From Nitrososphaera sp. (GTDB taxonomy: Archaea; Thermoproteota; Nitrososphaeria; Nitrososphaerales; Nitrososphaeraceae): a DNA stretch of 60,778 nucleotides. Positions 59,673 to 60,778 of this stretch are shown here, piece by piece. The stretch covers positions 1 through 60,778 of the forward strand of contig DATEUD010000049.1 of the NCBI GenBank assembly GCA_035283265.1. Reading direction: 5' to 3'. The notes beneath the pieces are model-generated. The model saw only the letters and a program-made list of their open reading frames with translations, searched no databases and was not told the DNA's origin. Numbering within the stretch: the first letter of the stretch is position 1; every line of letters begins with the position of its first letter. The position numbers and the translations under genes are program-made.

Positions 59673-60778
59673 ATGCCACATTCTGATTTTGAGAAGAGCA
59701 GCCCAGCTGGCGCAAAGAGCGTAAGCCCCTCAAAGGAGGCCATGCACAGCAGGGTTCTGGTGTTGTGCATAGATAGGGACGACGACATCGGCTCAAAGGG
59801 TGGCATCGAGACGCCGATCGTCGGGCGCGATGCGTGCATCAATGCCGGCACGAGGCTTGCGATCGAGGATCCAGAGGACGCGGACTCGAACGCGATTTTT
59901 GGCGCGGTCAAGACGTACGAGGAACTTGTGAGCAAGGGCTACACTGTCGAGGTCGCGGTGGTGGCCGGCAAATTCAACAGGGGCGTCGAGGCTGACGAGA
60001 AAATAAGCCTCGAAGTAAAGAGCATCCTTGAGAAATACCATGCCGACGGCGCGGTCATTGTGTCAGACGGGGAGGACGACGAGACGGTGCTGCCAGTCAT
60101 ACAGTCGAGAGTGCCAGTGATATCGGTCCAGCGCATTATAATCCGCCACAGCAGGAGTGTCGAGTACTCGTACGCGATACTTGGCAGGTACCTGAAGATG
60201 CTTTTTTACGACCCACACTATTCAAAGTTCTTCCTAGGCGTGCCCGGAGCATTGCTTGCGGCAAGTGCTCTTGCAGTTGTCTTAAATGCTACCAGAGAGC
60301 TCACTGCAATCATACTGGCAATCCTTGGCGGCGCTTTTATTGTCAGGGCGTTTGACATCGACAAGACGCTAAGCTCGTTTGGCAGGCTGACACCAACGTC
60401 CTTCATCAAGATATTCTCCATCATTGCCGGTGTCCTCATCATACTTGCTGCCATTGCAAACGGCATCTCCAGCATACCACCTAGCATGCTAAGAGAAGAC
60501 ATGAGCGCGCTCGACGTACTGTCAAACAGGGTCATTGTAGGCAGCTTTACCACCGGGACAGTAACGCTGCTGTGGATAGGTATCGCGACAATCCTGGGCG
60601 GGGTCCTGCTCAGCAACTGGTTCAGGGGAAGCGCCAGGACATTGTCGGACATCCTGCGCCTGGCAGTGCTTGCGCTACTCTACATCCCGGTGCTCCAATT
60701 CACGTCCGTGCTCACGGAAGGCACGAACCCGTTTACGTTGATATCGTCGCTTCTGATAGGCCTTGCAGTGTCGCTTGT
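59673..60778 (+). CDS. DUF373 family membrane protein (runs off window end)
   Basis: LVLCIDRDDDIG.K, DPEDADSNAIF, VSDGEDDE; frame open to the end. Confidence 0.88.
   Translation, partial: MPHSDFEKSSPAGAKSVSPSKEAMHSRVLVLCIDRDDDIGSKGGIETPIVGRDACINAGTRLAIEDPEDADSNAIFGAVKTYEELVSKGYTVEVAVVAGKFNRGVEADEKISLEVKSILEKYHADGAVIVSDGEDDETVLPVIQSRVPVISVQRIIIRHSRSVEYSYAILGRYLKMLFYDPHYSKFFLGVPGALLAASALAVVLNATRELTAIILAILGGAFIVRAFDIDKTLSSFGRLTPTSFIKIFSIIAGVLIILAAIANGISSIPPSMLREDMSALDVLSNRVIVGSFTTGTVTLLWIGIATILGGVLLSNWFRGSARTLSDILRLAVLALLYIPVLQFTSVLTEGTNPFTLISSLLIGLAVSL

Overview
Archaeal chromosomal segment, most consistent with a soil ammonia-oxidising archaeon (Nitrososphaeraceae). The assignment rests on 4-hydroxybutyryl-CoA dehydratase, TBP, Nop5/fibrillarin, an Rpc34/TFE-beta-like protein and a stand-alone 5S rRNA. 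The window has three compositional zones. (1) ~1-22,200 is an AT-richer accessory region with orphan, secreted and signalling genes, several gene remnants, unannotated zinc-finger micro-ORFs, a MITE, a duplicated 70-aa gene with conserved upstream DNA, and five same-orientation intergenic copies of a ~20-bp motif (GTCATTTCATGRCAGGCCC). (2) ~22,290-53,920 is a GC-richer core block: MoxR/CbbQ ATPase plus vWA partner, non-oxidative pentose phosphate genes with a transketolase-RPE fusion, pepA, 5S rRNA, ABCE1, RNA modification genes, pyrE, tbp, RIO1/KH, ubiX, purine salvage and the dehydratase. (3) ~53,950-59,600 is a second AT-richer patch with a decayed IS5-family element, trypsin/HEPN/RNase H remnants and regulators, followed by a partial DUF373 gene. 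All family calls come from motif recognition by eye, not from database searches.
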